The translations under genes were made by a program, and so were the position numbers. A stretch of 64,000 bases of DNA from a virus: IMG/VR virus record IMGVR_UViG_3300029788_000157; one strand, given 5' to 3'. Below are positions 10,192-20,943 of the stretch, in pieces. How positions within the stretch are numbered: position 1 is the first letter of the stretch; the number at the start of each line of letters is the position of its first letter. A model generated the notes under the pieces. That model saw only the letters and a list, made by a program, of their open reading frames with translations, did not search any database and was not told the DNA's origin.

Positions 10192-10712
10192 ACATCCTCC
10201 TTATATTTAGGGTGTACATAACACATAATATATCTGTTGTCTTTTTCATAAGTTCTTTTTGCCACACAAGACTTATGTTCCATACCTATCATTGTGCCAG
10301 TATTTCCCATTACGACTTCAATTTGATTGTTGATAATATTAATACCAGTTATAATACCAACCTGACATGGATACTCATGTTTATATCCATTACTATGCCA
10401 ATCAAAATAAACAATATCTCCAATTTTAGGATGATAATATTTAGAAGAATATATTTTTGTTCCTTTTTTCTTAAACAACTGTAATTGATGATAGCAAGAA
10501 CATTCTATAGGAATATCTTCTTCTAAACCAGCATATAAAGCCATAACAGATACAAATATACATCCCCATGCATCTCTCTTCATAACTTTATATCCTCTTG
10601 GAATATTCTTTTGTGAATTATATTTGTCTATCATTTCCAAATACATTCTGCTATCTTTATCCATTCCTATATGCTTTTTAGTAAAATATATTAATCTGTC
10701 TACTTTACTCAT
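10182..10712 (-). CDS. putative cysteine peptidase / cell-wall amidase-like protein
   Basis: 176 aa; conserved Cys (DAWGC) with downstream His residues; weak family assignment. Confidence 0.3.
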   Translation of the reverse strand: MSKVDRLIYFTKKHIGMDKDSRMYLEMIDKYNSQKNIPRGYKVMKRDAWGCIFVSVMALYAGLEEDIPIECSCYHQLQLFKKKGTKIYSSKYYHPKIGDIVYFDWHSNGYKHEYPCQVGIITGINIINNQIEVVMGNTGTMIGMEHKSCVAKRTYEKDNRYIMCYVHPKYKEDVWK

Positions 10713-11344
10713 TATCGTTTTACCTTATCATACACATCAAAATCAAATAGTAAGAACTTTCTACTTGCTAGATAATCACACATATGTACAAACTCTTCGA
10801 TTCCAAGTTTGGGCTTTGGAAGAACAACACCTTTTGCATACGGAGCTGTGTCCCATTCACCCATATGCGAAGCGATACAACTATGAACCAATGGAATAAT
10901 CGCCTTCATATAATCCATATTCTCATTTGTCACATATTTGGCAGCAGTATTTTTAAACAAAGTTGCTGCTAACAATGGATGGTCAAATCGTGTACCATGC
11001 TTCGGAGTATCGTCAGGCTTCATACAATCATGTAAAATTAAAGCTGCATAAGCTACATCCTTATAAATCATGATTGTTTCGTAATCATCAGCTCCAACAC
11101 CCAAAGCGATATTCTTAAAAATATCAGTTTCAATCATGCTATGAGCGATTCCAACTGCTGCTCTAACGTGTCTAACCAAACCACCATCACCTAATGAATA
11201 CACTGGATGATACTTTCCAGAACTAGATGCTGGAATGGTTTGAATACATTCTGGAGAAGCATCCAGTGTATCTACCACAATCTTTTTTAATGTCTCATCA
11301 GAAATATATCCAATTTCTTTTGTAAATAACTCAGATGTTTTCAT
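10712..11344 (-). CDS. HD-domain metal-dependent phosphohydrolase
   Basis: H...HD...H...D pattern (GKYHP, LILHDCMK, HGTRFDHP). Confidence 0.55.
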   Translation of the reverse strand: MKTSELFTKEIGYISDETLKKIVVDTLDASPECIQTIPASSSGKYHPVYSLGDGGLVRHVRAAVGIAHSMIETDIFKNIALGVGADDYETIMIYKDVAYAALILHDCMKPDDTPKHGTRFDHPLLAATLFKNTAAKYVTNENMDYMKAIIPLVHSCIASHMGEWDTAPYAKGVVLPKPKLGIEEFVHMCDYLASRKFLLFDFDVYDKVKR

Positions 11345-11805
11345 AAGCTTTCCTTTCTATATCCTTTGTTGTTATCGTGTATAAATCTTAATGTGCCACA
11401 TTTCGGACAAATTTTAATTCTCCCATGAATAGATGAGTTGTACCAATCTTTTTCTTCAGTAAGATAACCACAAGCAGCACATTGAATCTTGTTATCAGAC
11501 TTATCGGCAATACCTGAATTTCTTTTCTGTTGTTCTTCAAAGATTCTCGACTCATCTTTTGATAACCACTTAATCCATTTTCCGCAATCTCCACAATATA
11601 ATCCTATTTGATTGCCATTTGCTTTTGTGAAAAGGTCTTTACTATTACATTTCGGGCAAACAAATTCTTTCATACCAACACCTCCTTTTGTCAAAATAGC
11701 CTTATATAAAATTGAACGAGAATTGCTTATTTTGAATTTAAAATTTTTAAGCAACTTCTTCTTTGTCAAATAATCAATCTTCCAATTATAACAATCCTCG
11801 TTCAA
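11341..11805 (-). CDS. zinc-ribbon protein
   Basis: Two CxxC...CxxC pairs (CPKCN...CGDCG; CAACG...CPKCG); true start probably the internal MKEFVCPKC. Confidence 0.4.
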   Translation of the reverse strand: MNEDCYNWKIDYLTKKKLLKNFKFKISNSRSILYKAILTKGGVGMKEFVCPKCNSKDLFTKANGNQIGLYCGDCGKWIKWLSKDESRIFEEQQKRNSGIADKSDNKIQCAACGYLTEEKDWYNSSIHGRIKICPKCGTLRFIHDNNKGYRKESL

Positions 11806-11829
11806 TTTTTACCGAGAGTATTTAAGATA

Positions 11830-12978
11830 TTACTCTGTTAATAATTGAATCTGCTTCTGCATTTCACGTATAACCTTATCAGTTATATCTGTTGTAATAT
11901 TGTCTGGTAGAGTAATTCTTAACGACTTTACTGCTTCTTCATCAGACAATCCTATAGCTTTCAATACATGAGATGGTACTGAGGAATGTGAATTACAAGC
12001 TGAACCAACGGATACATATATATCACACAAATCCAACAAGTATATCATTGCTTCCCCCATTACATTTTGATTAAAAGTAATATTGATATTATTGGGAAGT
12101 CTGTCAGTATATTGACCATTAAGCTTGCAACCAATTTTATCTAACAATTCACCAATCATATAGTCTCTTTGTTTTATTGTTGTAAGATATTTTTTCTGTT
12201 TCATATCTACAGAACATAATTCAACTGCTTTAGCAAATCCCATTATATAAGGAAGGTTCTCTGTTCCACCTCTTAATCCATTCATTTGACTACCGTAAAT
12301 CAACGGACTGATTTTTACATCTTCTTTTTTATATAAGATACCAATTCCTTTTGGTGTACCAATCTTATGTCCACTGGCACTCAACATATCAATTTTAGAT
12401 GCCTTCACATCAATTGGAATATGACCAAAAGCTTGTACTGCATCAGTATGAAATATTGCTCCATATTTATGTACAGTTAAAGCAATATCGTGAATATGTT
12501 GAATTGTTCCAATTTCATTATTTGCATATTGAATAGACACTAAAATATCTTCTCCACTTTTCTGTGAAATCACATATTTTAAAGTATCTTCTAAAGCTCT
12601 TAAATCAATACAACCGTTTGTATCAACATCTATAAAGTGAACATCAACTCCAATACCATCCACACATGACAATATAGATTTATGTTCGATTACAGAAGTT
12701 ATAACTGAAGGTATTCTACCCTTTCTCAAACGATTTTGTACAAAGCCCTGTATCGCCCAACAATTACTTTCGCTTCCACAACTGGTAAAATATACTTCAT
12801 ACATTTCTGAATTAAGGAAGTGTGCTACTGTTTCTTTTGCAGATTTTAATGCATTAGCAGCTTCTTGAGCTGGACTATATAAAGATGATGGATTATACCA
12901 CATATCCATATAAGAATAAATTGTATCTAAAACCTCTTTCTTTGGTTTAGTTGTTGCTGCTTCATCCAGATATATCAC
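11830..12978 (-). CDS. iscS: cysteine desulfurase (class V aminotransferase, IscS/NifS-like)
   Basis: 382 aa; PLP-lysine motif SASGHK; overall IscS-like layout. Confidence 0.8.
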   Translation of the reverse strand: MIYLDEAATTKPKKEVLDTIYSYMDMWYNPSSLYSPAQEAANALKSAKETVAHFLNSEMYEVYFTSCGSESNCWAIQGFVQNRLRKGRIPSVITSVIEHKSILSCVDGIGVDVHFIDVDTNGCIDLRALEDTLKYVISQKSGEDILVSIQYANNEIGTIQHIHDIALTVHKYGAIFHTDAVQAFGHIPIDVKASKIDMLSASGHKIGTPKGIGILYKKEDVKISPLIYGSQMNGLRGGTENLPYIMGFAKAVELCSVDMKQKKYLTTIKQRDYMIGELLDKIGCKLNGQYTDRLPNNINITFNQNVMGEAMIYLLDLCDIYVSVGSACNSHSSVPSHVLKAIGLSDEEAVKSLRITLPDNITTDITDKVIREMQKQIQLLTE

Positions 12979-12987
12979 AATATCACC

Positions 12988-13479
12988 TCACTTAAAATTA
13001 ATGTATTCTGTTGAACCATAACTGTTATCAATTTTTTTATATAAAACCAACTCCATTCCTTGTCTTGAAACATCGTCAGTTATAATACCTTCAAAATCAT
13101 AACTGGTTATACCATCTACATTATATAATTCATCCAATACAACTTCATGTATTGTATTTGGATAATTTTCATCCAACATTCTATTCAAAGTTACCAAAAT
13201 AGTGTACGCTCTTTGTTCAGCAGAACCACCTTTATATGTAGCAATCTTCAATAAAAATTCATGGTCTATAAAATCCCAATCCATTGACATTCTATCTTGA
13301 AATTTGGTGTACCCATTATCATAATGTGTAACACTACTTTCATTATCATTTATAATAAGTGGTTCTGGTTCGAACTCTTTTACATTGGATTCCTTTAAAT
13401 TTGAATGTGTTGTGCCACAAGAAGCCATAATCAACATCATAGATATTACTATGATACTGCTGACAAACCTTTTAATCAT
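12988..13479 (-). CDS. putative lipoprotein
   Basis: Signal peptide plus lipobox (LIMASCG). Confidence 0.5.
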   Translation of the reverse strand: MIKRFVSSIIVISMMLIMASCGTTHSNLKESNVKEFEPEPLIINDNESSVTHYDNGYTKFQDRMSMDWDFIDHEFLLKIATYKGGSAEQRAYTILVTLNRMLDENYPNTIHEVVLDELYNVDGITSYDFEGIITDDVSRQGMELVLYKKIDNSYGSTEYINFK

Positions 13480-13801
13480 CGACTACAAATCTCCAATCTT
13501 TAAAGAAAGTTGTTTTATCAGGATAGCTTACAAAAAATTTCTCATTCTGAATTAATTGAATTTCATTTTTGTTTTCAAATATACGCACCCAACAATATTT
13601 GTCTTTCTGTATATTTGTAACAGGTTTATCCGTAATGCAAATTAACAAGACCTTTTCATGAGTAGTAACACTTCTTTCAAACCATTTATTTTGAAGAATC
13701 TGTCCATCAACCTCTTTACTTCTTGTGCCAGATGCATACATAAATATCACAAATCCTATTTCTATAATGATAAAAACAACTATTCCAATCAATACCTTCA
13801 T
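13472..13801 (-). CDS. membrane protein
   Basis: N-terminal TM helix. Confidence 0.4.
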   Translation of the reverse strand: MKVLIGIVVFIIIEIGFVIFMYASGTRSKEVDGQILQNKWFERSVTTHEKVLLICITDKPVTNIQKDKYCWVRIFENKNEIQLIQNEKFFVSYPDKTTFFKDWRFVVDD

Positions 13802-13811
13802 TTTTGCTCCT

Positions 13812-14300
13812 TTACTTTTCTAAAGACTCCATCATCTTTCTAATTGTTCTGGAAACATCTTTCTTCGCACCAGTAACCTTATTTAATTCATTCTGAAGGA
13901 ACTGCTCATTACTATTCAGATATTTCTGCTGACAACGGAGATATGCAAGTCTAATACCAAAGAAAAGATTAAATGTATCTCCATGACAAGACGCTTCAGA
14001 GCGAACATTATTGACAGTTCTTACCTGTACCTTTCGTCCATTGGTTCTATAAAAACCAACTACTCCACCATTCTCACCAGCAATCTGTGTCCAAGGTAAC
14101 CATCCCTTTACCTTTTCAGGCTTCTCAAAGTATTCACTTACGACATCAATCGGAAGTGCTGCTACTGCAATTTTTGTTCTTGCATCTCTCATAACTACAG
14201 ATGTCTCTGTAATGTTCGCTACCTCATATGTCATTCCAACCATTTTCATTTTATCGTACTCTTTTGTTAAAATAAGTCTATCTCCTCTTAAAATATCCAT
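13812..14300 (-). CDS. hypothetical protein
   Basis: 162-aa ORF. Confidence 0.4.
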   Translation of the reverse strand: MDILRGDRLILTKEYDKMKMVGMTYEVANITETSVVMRDARTKIAVAALPIDVVSEYFEKPEKVKGWLPWTQIAGENGGVVGFYRTNGRKVQVRTVNNVRSEASCHGDTFNLFFGIRLAYLRCQQKYLNSNEQFLQNELNKVTGAKKDVSRTIRKMMESLEK

Positions 14301-14318
14301 ATCATTACCTCTTCTTTC

Positions 14319-15092
14319 TTATTTTTTATCTTCAAGCCACTTGTTATCCAGATAATAGAATCCTATTACTACTGCAATTATTACAATAATCCAAACAATC
14401 CAGAATATCACAAGTTCAACGCTTGATTCTAAATGGTCAATAGTTTCATCTATATTCAAACCATTATAAAATGATGTATTGTTTGAAATTGTATTATCAG
14501 TCAAAACAGTATATATTGTTCCTGTATATTCTGTTCCAATACCATAATACTTATATCTTATATGACTTGATGTTTTTATTGTATCTATATAATCATCATC
14601 TGGTAATTCTATTTTGCTACTGTCAAATACTACACCACAAAATGATACTTCATTACATTTTATATCTTCGCTACCAACTCTATCCCAAGTCCAATAAGTT
14701 TCTGTTCTAGTGTGAGTCTGCCTTGTTTTACCGCTTCCTGTTGTATAAGTTACTGTTCTGGTATGCATTGTGTATTTTTCTTTGATTTTTTCAACATACA
14801 TATACGCTCCACCGATTTCAGGATAGGTAACTGTATCAACAGCTTTCAAATCACCATGAACAAATGCATTTCCTATATCAGTTCTCATACCATATGAGAA
14901 CATTTCAGAATTATTATCAATCTGTAATGCGGTATTGTATTTTTGATACTCATTCATCAAGTTATCACTTATTTTTCCATGAATCACAAAGCCAATAAGG
15001 GTCATTACAGCTATAATCGCAATGCTGAATAATACCTCTCTCTTTGTAATTTCAAAATCATGCCTTATTTTTCTATAACCGTAATAACCCAT
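14319..15092 (-). CDS. membrane protein (N- and C-terminal TM helices)
   Basis: Hydrophobic segments at both ends; sits upstream of LemA. Confidence 0.45.
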   Translation of the reverse strand: MGYYGYRKIRHDFEITKREVLFSIAIIAVMTLIGFVIHGKISDNLMNEYQKYNTALQIDNNSEMFSYGMRTDIGNAFVHGDLKAVDTVTYPEIGGAYMYVEKIKEKYTMHTRTVTYTTGSGKTRQTHTRTETYWTWDRVGSEDIKCNEVSFCGVVFDSSKIELPDDDYIDTIKTSSHIRYKYYGIGTEYTGTIYTVLTDNTISNNTSFYNGLNIDETIDHLESSVELVIFWIVWIIVIIAVVIGFYYLDNKWLEDKK

Positions 15093-15107
15093 TTTCGTCT
15101 ACCTCAT

Positions 15108-15659
15108 TTAATCAAACAAATTTGTTGGTGCATCATCTGAAACATCAAAATCCAATTTCTGATAATCTCCTTTTTCATATCCCATTAGTCCAAGAATCTG
15201 CTTATTAGGAGAATGTTTTACATACGCATTATACTTCGTAACCCATGTATTATAATTTGTTCTCACATTAGCAATTTTATTTTCTGTTGTGGACAATTCA
15301 TTCATAAGTTCCTTATAATTACTTGAACTCTGTAATTCTGGATATGCTTCAGCAACCGCTTTAATCTGAGTGGTAATCTCTGCTACTGCTGCATCACTCT
15401 TTGTTCCTCTGGAATCAACTACTGCCATCAAGGTGTCATATTCATGTTTATCGTAAGCTTTTACGCAATCTACCAGATTAGGAATCAAATCAGCTCTTCT
15501 CTTTTCCTGAATCTTGATTTCAGATTTAGCAGTTGTAATCTGTTCCTCATAAGAAATTGCTTTGTTCTGTACTCCCCAGAACCCAAATGTAAATGTTCCG
15601 ATAATTGCTACAATAATCGCCATAATAATCAATGGCAGCTTCCATGATTTAGTTTTCAT
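15108..15659 (-). CDS. LemA family protein
   Basis: N-terminal TM helix plus a LemA-like conserved core (YN..V..YN). Confidence 0.6.
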   Translation of the reverse strand: MKTKSWKLPLIIMAIIVAIIGTFTFGFWGVQNKAISYEEQITTAKSEIKIQEKRRADLIPNLVDCVKAYDKHEYDTLMAVVDSRGTKSDAAVAEITTQIKAVAEAYPELQSSSNYKELMNELSTTENKIANVRTNYNTWVTKYNAYVKHSPNKQILGLMGYEKGDYQKLDFDVSDDAPTNLFD

Positions 15660-15673
15660 ATAATCCTCCTTCG

Positions 15674-15695
15674 GTATATAACCTTATCAATTTAT
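15674..15695 (-). promoter_or_regulatory. motif A (variant) upstream of lemA
   Basis: gtatataaccttatcaatttat. Confidence 0.35.
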
Positions 15696-15985
15696 TCTTC
15701 TTTATCTGTAAGTGGTTGGAATCCATCATGTGAATCACTTGCAAAGAATATTTCATAGCCATCTTTTTCTTTACGGAATATAATTGCATCTATGCTTAAT
15801 CCGTCATATTCTGAGCAATTCAATAATGTAAATGATTCTAACCAACCCATAATAATTGATTGTGCTTTTCTGTAATCTGGATAAATACCAGACATAGCAT
15901 CTTCGCAAGGCACAACAACTATATCGTCCTTATATTTAGTAATTGCTATTACATTTTCGTCTTTGAATCCGAACTTTTCAAACAT
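15692..15985 (-). CDS. hypothetical protein
   Basis: 97-aa ORF. Confidence 0.4.
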   Translation of the reverse strand: MFEKFGFKDENVIAITKYKDDIVVVPCEDAMSGIYPDYRKAQSIIMGWLESFTLLNCSEYDGLSIDAIIFRKEKDGYEIFFASDSHDGFQPLTDKEE

Positions 15986-15999
15986 TGCCCTTCTCTTTC

Positions 16000-16920
16000 C
16001 TATTCAATCTTTACACCAATAAACTCAAGCACTTCTTTTAGCCCTAATCCACCTTCTGACATAGGTTTCATACAATATTGCCATAATTTTGGATGGGTTA
16101 TTTTAAGATTTTGAAATCTATTTGGTTCTTTTTCAAGGTGACATCCATACATACAAAAGACACATCCTGTTCTACTGCATTTTGTTGTTTGCCATTTTCC
16201 TTTATTGTCTTGTACAATCTCTCCATATACAGGAGCATAAGGTAAATTGTATTTTTTGATATACTCAAGAATATCTTGCTCTGTCCAAAATGATAATGGT
16301 TGAGAAGTTGGTCGTTTTGTATCAAAAGCATTACACCCATGTACTTTCCATGCAGTTTTTCTTGCCTGACTCTCACAAGCCATAGTTCCGATTATTGGAT
16401 GCTTGCCTGTTTCTTTTTCATATTTCTTTGCTGGCTTCTTTTTCATAATATTGCAACATTTATTACTAATAAGAAATGGAGCATTTAATAAAAATTTCCA
16501 TTTTTCACAATTATAAATACTTTTATTTCCATTTTTATCCAGCAATTCTCCATTTAATCTTTTTATCCGATATGTATATTTTCCTGTTGTTTCATGCCTT
16601 CTTGCTTCCTCAATAACTTGAGAGATTTCTTTACTTACAATCGGATAACCATATGTTTGAATTACTTTTTTGAAATTCATTTCAGGTCTTACCCATGTAA
16701 CATTTTCAACCGATTTTACAAACTCTCTTAATTCTGGATATTCAAGTCCTGTATCAACAAATACTGCTGGTGTATTTGGATAAAGCCTTCTAACCAAATG
16801 TAATAAAACTGTACTATCTTTTCCACCCGAAAAAGAAACATAAATTTGATTGTAAAAAGGAGTAAAGTTAATGGGTAAACAACCTAAAAGTAAGTTCACA
16901 AATGATGATTTAAAAACCAT
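16000..16920 (-). CDS. PAPS/APS reductase-family PP-loop ATP pyrophosphatase with C-terminal Cys cluster
   Basis: SFSGGKDS PP-loop; LHLV...P.PAVFVDTG..YPE matches the CysH-like core; C-terminal CSRTGCVFCMYGC. Confidence 0.65.
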   Translation of the reverse strand: MVFKSSFVNLLLGCLPINFTPFYNQIYVSFSGGKDSTVLLHLVRRLYPNTPAVFVDTGLEYPELREFVKSVENVTWVRPEMNFKKVIQTYGYPIVSKEISQVIEEARRHETTGKYTYRIKRLNGELLDKNGNKSIYNCEKWKFLLNAPFLISNKCCNIMKKKPAKKYEKETGKHPIIGTMACESQARKTAWKVHGCNAFDTKRPTSQPLSFWTEQDILEYIKKYNLPYAPVYGEIVQDNKGKWQTTKCSRTGCVFCMYGCHLEKEPNRFQNLKITHPKLWQYCMKPMSEGGLGLKEVLEFIGVKIE

Positions 16921-17073
16921 GCAAAACTGGAATTTAGACCGTAAAATTGCAACCTCACTTACAAGAATCGCTGAATTTTATGCTAAATATCCTCATGAAA
17001 TTTATGTTTTAAGTGTTGTTAGATACAATATATAGTGTATTCATTTATATACTTATCTATATATTGTATTGCT

Positions 17074-17829
17074 TTATTCCTCACAACAATGTTCGCAATC
17101 GCCCTGACAACACTCTCCACAACATTCCTCAGAACAACACTCTTCAGAACCAACCATAACCGCATTTGCTAATACTTCCTGTAAGAAATACGCTTCCAGT
17201 TCAAAGATTTTTTCCTTAATTTTCCTCTTACAAATCTCAACCCCAATATCCTGACTGTAATTATCAGGAGATACTGATGCTGAAGATTCAGTAATAACAA
17301 ATCCATTAGGCAGCTTGCAAGCAACTACTGTACATTTACCAAATACTGTAGAAATATTAAACTCTGAAGCTTCCATGATTTCATTAACAGCTTCCTCAGA
17401 AACACTTAACATACCTTCATCAATTCCAACCGCTACTTCGGTTACTTCTGCAAAGCACTCATGAAGAATCTCTTCTGATATATAAAATGTTCTGTCTGTT
17501 ACCTCTGATATAATTGTTGCAACTCCAAGTGAAATACCATCAAGTTTAAAAATTTCACCAAGATTTAATCCCTCAAGACCTTCTCTCTCTTTAATCAGAA
17601 CATATTTACCATCTGAGTTTTTGCTATAGTGTATAACCTTATCAGTTATAACCTTCTCAAAATATTTATCAGCTTCATCAGCCGACATTGTTCCCATATG
17701 GCAACCACCAAATCTAAAAGAGATTTCACCATCTGGTTTTATCTCTGTAACTTCACACTCCTCACCAATATTAGTGAAAGCTCCCATTGCCTTGATTAAT
17801 CTGATTTTCTCTCCTACCTTAACTTGCAT
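17074..17829 (-). CDS. hypothetical protein with Cys-rich C-terminal tail
   Basis: Ends ...ECCSEECCGECCQGDCEHCCEE. Confidence 0.45.
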   Translation of the reverse strand: MQVKVGEKIRLIKAMGAFTNIGEECEVTEIKPDGEISFRFGGCHMGTMSADEADKYFEKVITDKVIHYSKNSDGKYVLIKEREGLEGLNLGEIFKLDGISLGVATIISEVTDRTFYISEEILHECFAEVTEVAVGIDEGMLSVSEEAVNEIMEASEFNISTVFGKCTVVACKLPNGFVITESSASVSPDNYSQDIGVEICKRKIKEKIFELEAYFLQEVLANAVMVGSEECCSEECCGECCQGDCEHCCEE

Positions 17830-18973
17830 CCTTTAGTTCCTCTCTTTCTTCATATTTTTTAGAATACCAAGTATTCCACTTGTCAATAACCTCTTGCTGC
17901 TCATCAGATACAGGGTCATTGAATTTTTGTCTTGCCTGAACAATCTTACCTTTTCTTACCTCAATGGTAACAAGTGATTTATCAGGTGAATCTTTATATC
18001 TCAGGAAAAGTATATGACAATTTCCTTCAATAACATTTTTGATATATGAAGCTACACAATTGTTCTGACTTACCGCTTCATCTTTTATGGCTTCTGTTGA
18101 TTCAGGATAAATAAAAGTATAATCTCCAAAAGTCTTTTCCATTCCTTTATTTATTCTTGCTTTAAATTTATCCTCCTCAAACTGTTGAGACAACCTTGAA
18201 TAATTTCTACTTGCAATCTTATGAGTTGTAAGAAAATGCCTTGGATATTTGTCAAACTTATTACTAATTTGTCTCATCATATTGGCATAGTCATAAACTT
18301 CTTCAACTGCAAAACCAGTATCTTCTATTGCTTCAAAAGTCTTTAGATAATCCAGATAATTGAATAATCCTTTAGCAGTATAACCATACTCATTCAACAA
18401 GGTATTTAATATACCTATTTCTTTCCAATTATATTGCCATCTATTCTCTCCATAATATTCTTTTACACTTTTTAATTTGGTAAGGATACGGTGTATATCT
18501 TTATCATCTAATGATATAAACTCCATTTGATACGGAAGATTATAAGCATTTGGATTTTCTTTATAGAATAAAACCAGTTCGTCACTCAATGTTATCTTAT
18601 GGTCTTTGCAGATTTTAATTAAACCTTTTGGTATTTCTTTGATTGTTCCTGAAAAGCTACCACATATATCTTCAAATCCAGCAGAAAAAATTTGCTCATA
18701 TCGTTGATAATATGGAATTTTTGAAAGAATTGTACCAATATTATATATTGGATAATCCCATTTTCTTTGCACAAATTCAAGGAATTTTGCATACTGCTTA
18801 TCCTCACAAGCTTCAATCAATTCATTCATTGAAATACCACTTAACTGTGAACATAAATTTTTTACTATTTTTCCTTTCTTTCCGATACAGGTTTTAGTAG
18901 CAAAATCATATTTTACAGTTTTACCATCCTGAAAATCGAATATGAGGAACTGCTTTTCTTTGTAAACTAACAT
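17819..18973 (-). CDS. hypothetical protein
   Basis: 384-aa ORF; a (GA)n tract lies immediately 5' of its start. Confidence 0.45.
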   Translation of the reverse strand: MLVYKEKQFLIFDFQDGKTVKYDFATKTCIGKKGKIVKNLCSQLSGISMNELIEACEDKQYAKFLEFVQRKWDYPIYNIGTILSKIPYYQRYEQIFSAGFEDICGSFSGTIKEIPKGLIKICKDHKITLSDELVLFYKENPNAYNLPYQMEFISLDDKDIHRILTKLKSVKEYYGENRWQYNWKEIGILNTLLNEYGYTAKGLFNYLDYLKTFEAIEDTGFAVEEVYDYANMMRQISNKFDKYPRHFLTTHKIASRNYSRLSQQFEEDKFKARINKGMEKTFGDYTFIYPESTEAIKDEAVSQNNCVASYIKNVIEGNCHILFLRYKDSPDKSLVTIEVRKGKIVQARQKFNDPVSDEQQEVIDKWNTWYSKKYEEREELKDAS

Positions 18974-18976
18974 AAG

Positions 18977-19029
<53 letters not shown>

Positions 19030-19065
19030 AGAATTTCATCAATCTAAAAATCATATTCTCACCTC

Positions 19066-19308
19066 CTAGAACATTGCTGCAATATCCACACCTGTTAATA
19101 CACAAAGGCAATAAATAATACTAAGCATTGAAATCACACTCAAATATACCCCAAATTTTGTCAGTGCTCTAGTCTTACTGAGTAAAATAATCAATGTGTA
19201 CATGAAAACTGCCAAAGAATAAAACAACAACCAACCAACTCTAATCTTCTGAAAAATTGTTAATAAAAACAATACAATATGCAATACTGCTATTCCAAAT
19301 CCCAACAT
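19066..19308 (-). CDS. small integral membrane protein
   Basis: 80 aa with three hydrophobic helices. Confidence 0.4.
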   Translation of the reverse strand: MLGFGIAVLHIVLFLLTIFQKIRVGWLLFYSLAVFMYTLIILLSKTRALTKFGVYLSVISMLSIIYCLCVLTGVDIAAMF

Positions 19309-19317
19309 AACTCCTCC

Positions 19318-19956
19318 TTATTCAGCTTTTAAATCTTCATATCTTTTGTATAAGTGATTCTCGGCATAATACAAATTGTAATCACATTGTTCAATATACC
19401 ACCAATCCTTTTTATGACCAGCTTTTAATTCGTCATGTAAATGAGAGGATGTATTATAGTTGGAATCTACCATTTGACGAAAACTAAGTTCATCAATTTC
19501 GTTGCTGTTTTTTACAAATTCAGCAATCTCCAAAATGTCTTGCATAGTCATATCATCTGTAACAACATAAACGACTCTAACAATTTCATTTTCCTGTCTG
19601 AAAATTTTTGATAATTGTTCTTTATTCCTTAAATGGTAAACAACCCTTCTGCACATTTTCATTGGAAAATTACTGTCAATATAACTGGTGTGCATTTCTA
19701 AAGGAATACCCATCTCTTCAAGAATATCAAACAACTTTTCATACCAATCTGTATGCTTTTCATATTCGTGCAATGGGTCACCACCACCAGATACAGATAC
19801 AATATTGCAGCTATTTCCAATTAACATTTGTTTCAGATTATTTAATCCTGTTATTGTCGTTTTAGGAACTTTGATATTATTGTTTTTTACAATGCAATAT
19901 GGACAACTATAGTGACATCCAAAATTTGTGATAATACTCAAATATTTTTCAATCAT
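19318..19956 (-). CDS. radical SAM protein (small QueE/NrdG-like)
   Basis: CHYSCPYC matches the CxxxCxxC motif; a GGGDP glycine-rich motif follows. Confidence 0.6.
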   Translation of the reverse strand: MIEKYLSIITNFGCHYSCPYCIVKNNNIKVPKTTITGLNNLKQMLIGNSCNIVSVSGGGDPLHEYEKHTDWYEKLFDILEEMGIPLEMHTSYIDSNFPMKMCRRVVYHLRNKEQLSKIFRQENEIVRVVYVVTDDMTMQDILEIAEFVKNSNEIDELSFRQMVDSNYNTSSHLHDELKAGHKKDWWYIEQCDYNLYYAENHLYKRYEDLKAE

Positions 19957-19970
19957 GTTACTCCTTTCAG

Positions 19971-19993
19971 CATATAACCTTAATTGTTATCAC
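19971..19993 (-). promoter_or_regulatory. motif A upstream of the radical SAM gene
   Basis: catataaccttaattgttatcac. Confidence 0.45.
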
Positions 19994-20651
19994 TTTCATC
20001 ATCATCTTCGACTTCTTCCATCTCCATAACAACATCACAATTGCCACATTTAATAGCAATATCTTTCTTTCCTTTTGCAATTTGCTTACATTCAGGACAA
20101 GTATATTTGAATAAAGTTTTCTTTCGCTTAATTTTAGGCTTAACAGTAATTCCAGCTCTAAAATATTCAAATGCATTTTCGTCTGGTTTAATGTTGGTCT
20201 GAATATATTCTTTTAACTCATCTGACAAAGAGGTATATCCCCAACCAACGCTCTTTCCCTTTTCTACAACAAGTCCTACCGCTTCTGCAAGGGTTTTGAA
20301 TTTTTTGTTGTGGACATTTCCGCTGCAATCTTTAATTTCATTTACTTTATTACAATAATGAACCATTTCATGTAACAAAGTTTCTACAATTTCTTCTGCT
20401 GAACGATTGCCAAACCAACGTGGGTCAATATTGATTTCATAATATGCTTCAGGTTCTTCTGTCGTACTCTCATTTGTTTCCAGAACTTTTTTATCTTTCC
20501 ATACTTTATCCACAGTAAAGTGTCCAAGCGTTATTCCCTTGGTTTTCTGGATAGTAATAACTGGTTCTGGAAGGTTTTCATCGAACTTATCTTTATTTAA
20601 AATATTGAAAATTCGATACAACTCATCTAATGCAATACCAATTACATTCAT
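19980..20651 (-). CDS. SprT-like zinc metalloprotease-domain protein with C-terminal zinc ribbon
   Basis: HEMVH zinc motif; C-terminal CPEC...CGNC. Confidence 0.6.
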   Translation of the reverse strand: MNVIGIALDELYRIFNILNKDKFDENLPEPVITIQKTKGITLGHFTVDKVWKDKKVLETNESTTEEPEAYYEINIDPRWFGNRSAEEIVETLLHEMVHYCNKVNEIKDCSGNVHNKKFKTLAEAVGLVVEKGKSVGWGYTSLSDELKEYIQTNIKPDENAFEYFRAGITVKPKIKRKKTLFKYTCPECKQIAKGKKDIAIKCGNCDVVMEMEEVEDDDESDNN

Positions 20652-20848
20652 TTATCAGTTTCCTCCGTTTCCTTTAATATCAAATCAGGTTCTCTATCTT
20701 TCAGACGAGTTATAATAGCTCTTACTCCTTCAAGATATAATGGATTAGCGTTTATTGAATTAGCTTCTGTCTCAAACTCAACCAATTCAGTAATCATATT
20801 TTCTTTATGAAAATATTCTCCTGATTTATTTACTTTTAAATCGTTCAA
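20648..20848 (-). CDS. hypothetical protein
   Basis: 66-aa ORF preceded by motif A and a sigma-A/operator promoter. Confidence 0.35.
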   Translation of the reverse strand: MNDLKVNKSGEYFHKENMITELVEFETEANSINANPLYLEGVRAIITRLKDREPDLILKETEETDK

Positions 20849-20869
20849 GGTATCCTCCTTTCGATATGA

Positions 20870-20890
20870 TGTATAACCTTAATTGTTACT
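20870..20890 (-). promoter_or_regulatory. motif A
   Basis: tgtataaccttaattgttact, downstream of a sigma-A/operator promoter. Confidence 0.45.
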
Positions 20891-20912
20891 ATACATAAGA
20901 TACCACACATCT

Positions 20913-20929
20913 ATGTTGTTGTCAAGTAG
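20913..20929 (-). promoter_or_regulatory. sigma-A-type promoter (TTGACA-N17-TATCTT on the minus strand) overlapping operator ATGTTGTTGTCAAGTAG
   Basis: Conserved operator/-35 block. Confidence 0.45.
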
Positions 20930-20943
20930 TTATTTGATATAAA

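Noticed and set aside
16861-17034. 57-aa plus-strand ORF (MGKQPKSKFTNDDLKTMQNW...) overlapping the 5' end of the PAPS-reductase-like gene
   Set aside because: It would have to overlap the N-terminus of the minus-strand gene whose PP-loop motif needs that start. No SD. Probably spurious.
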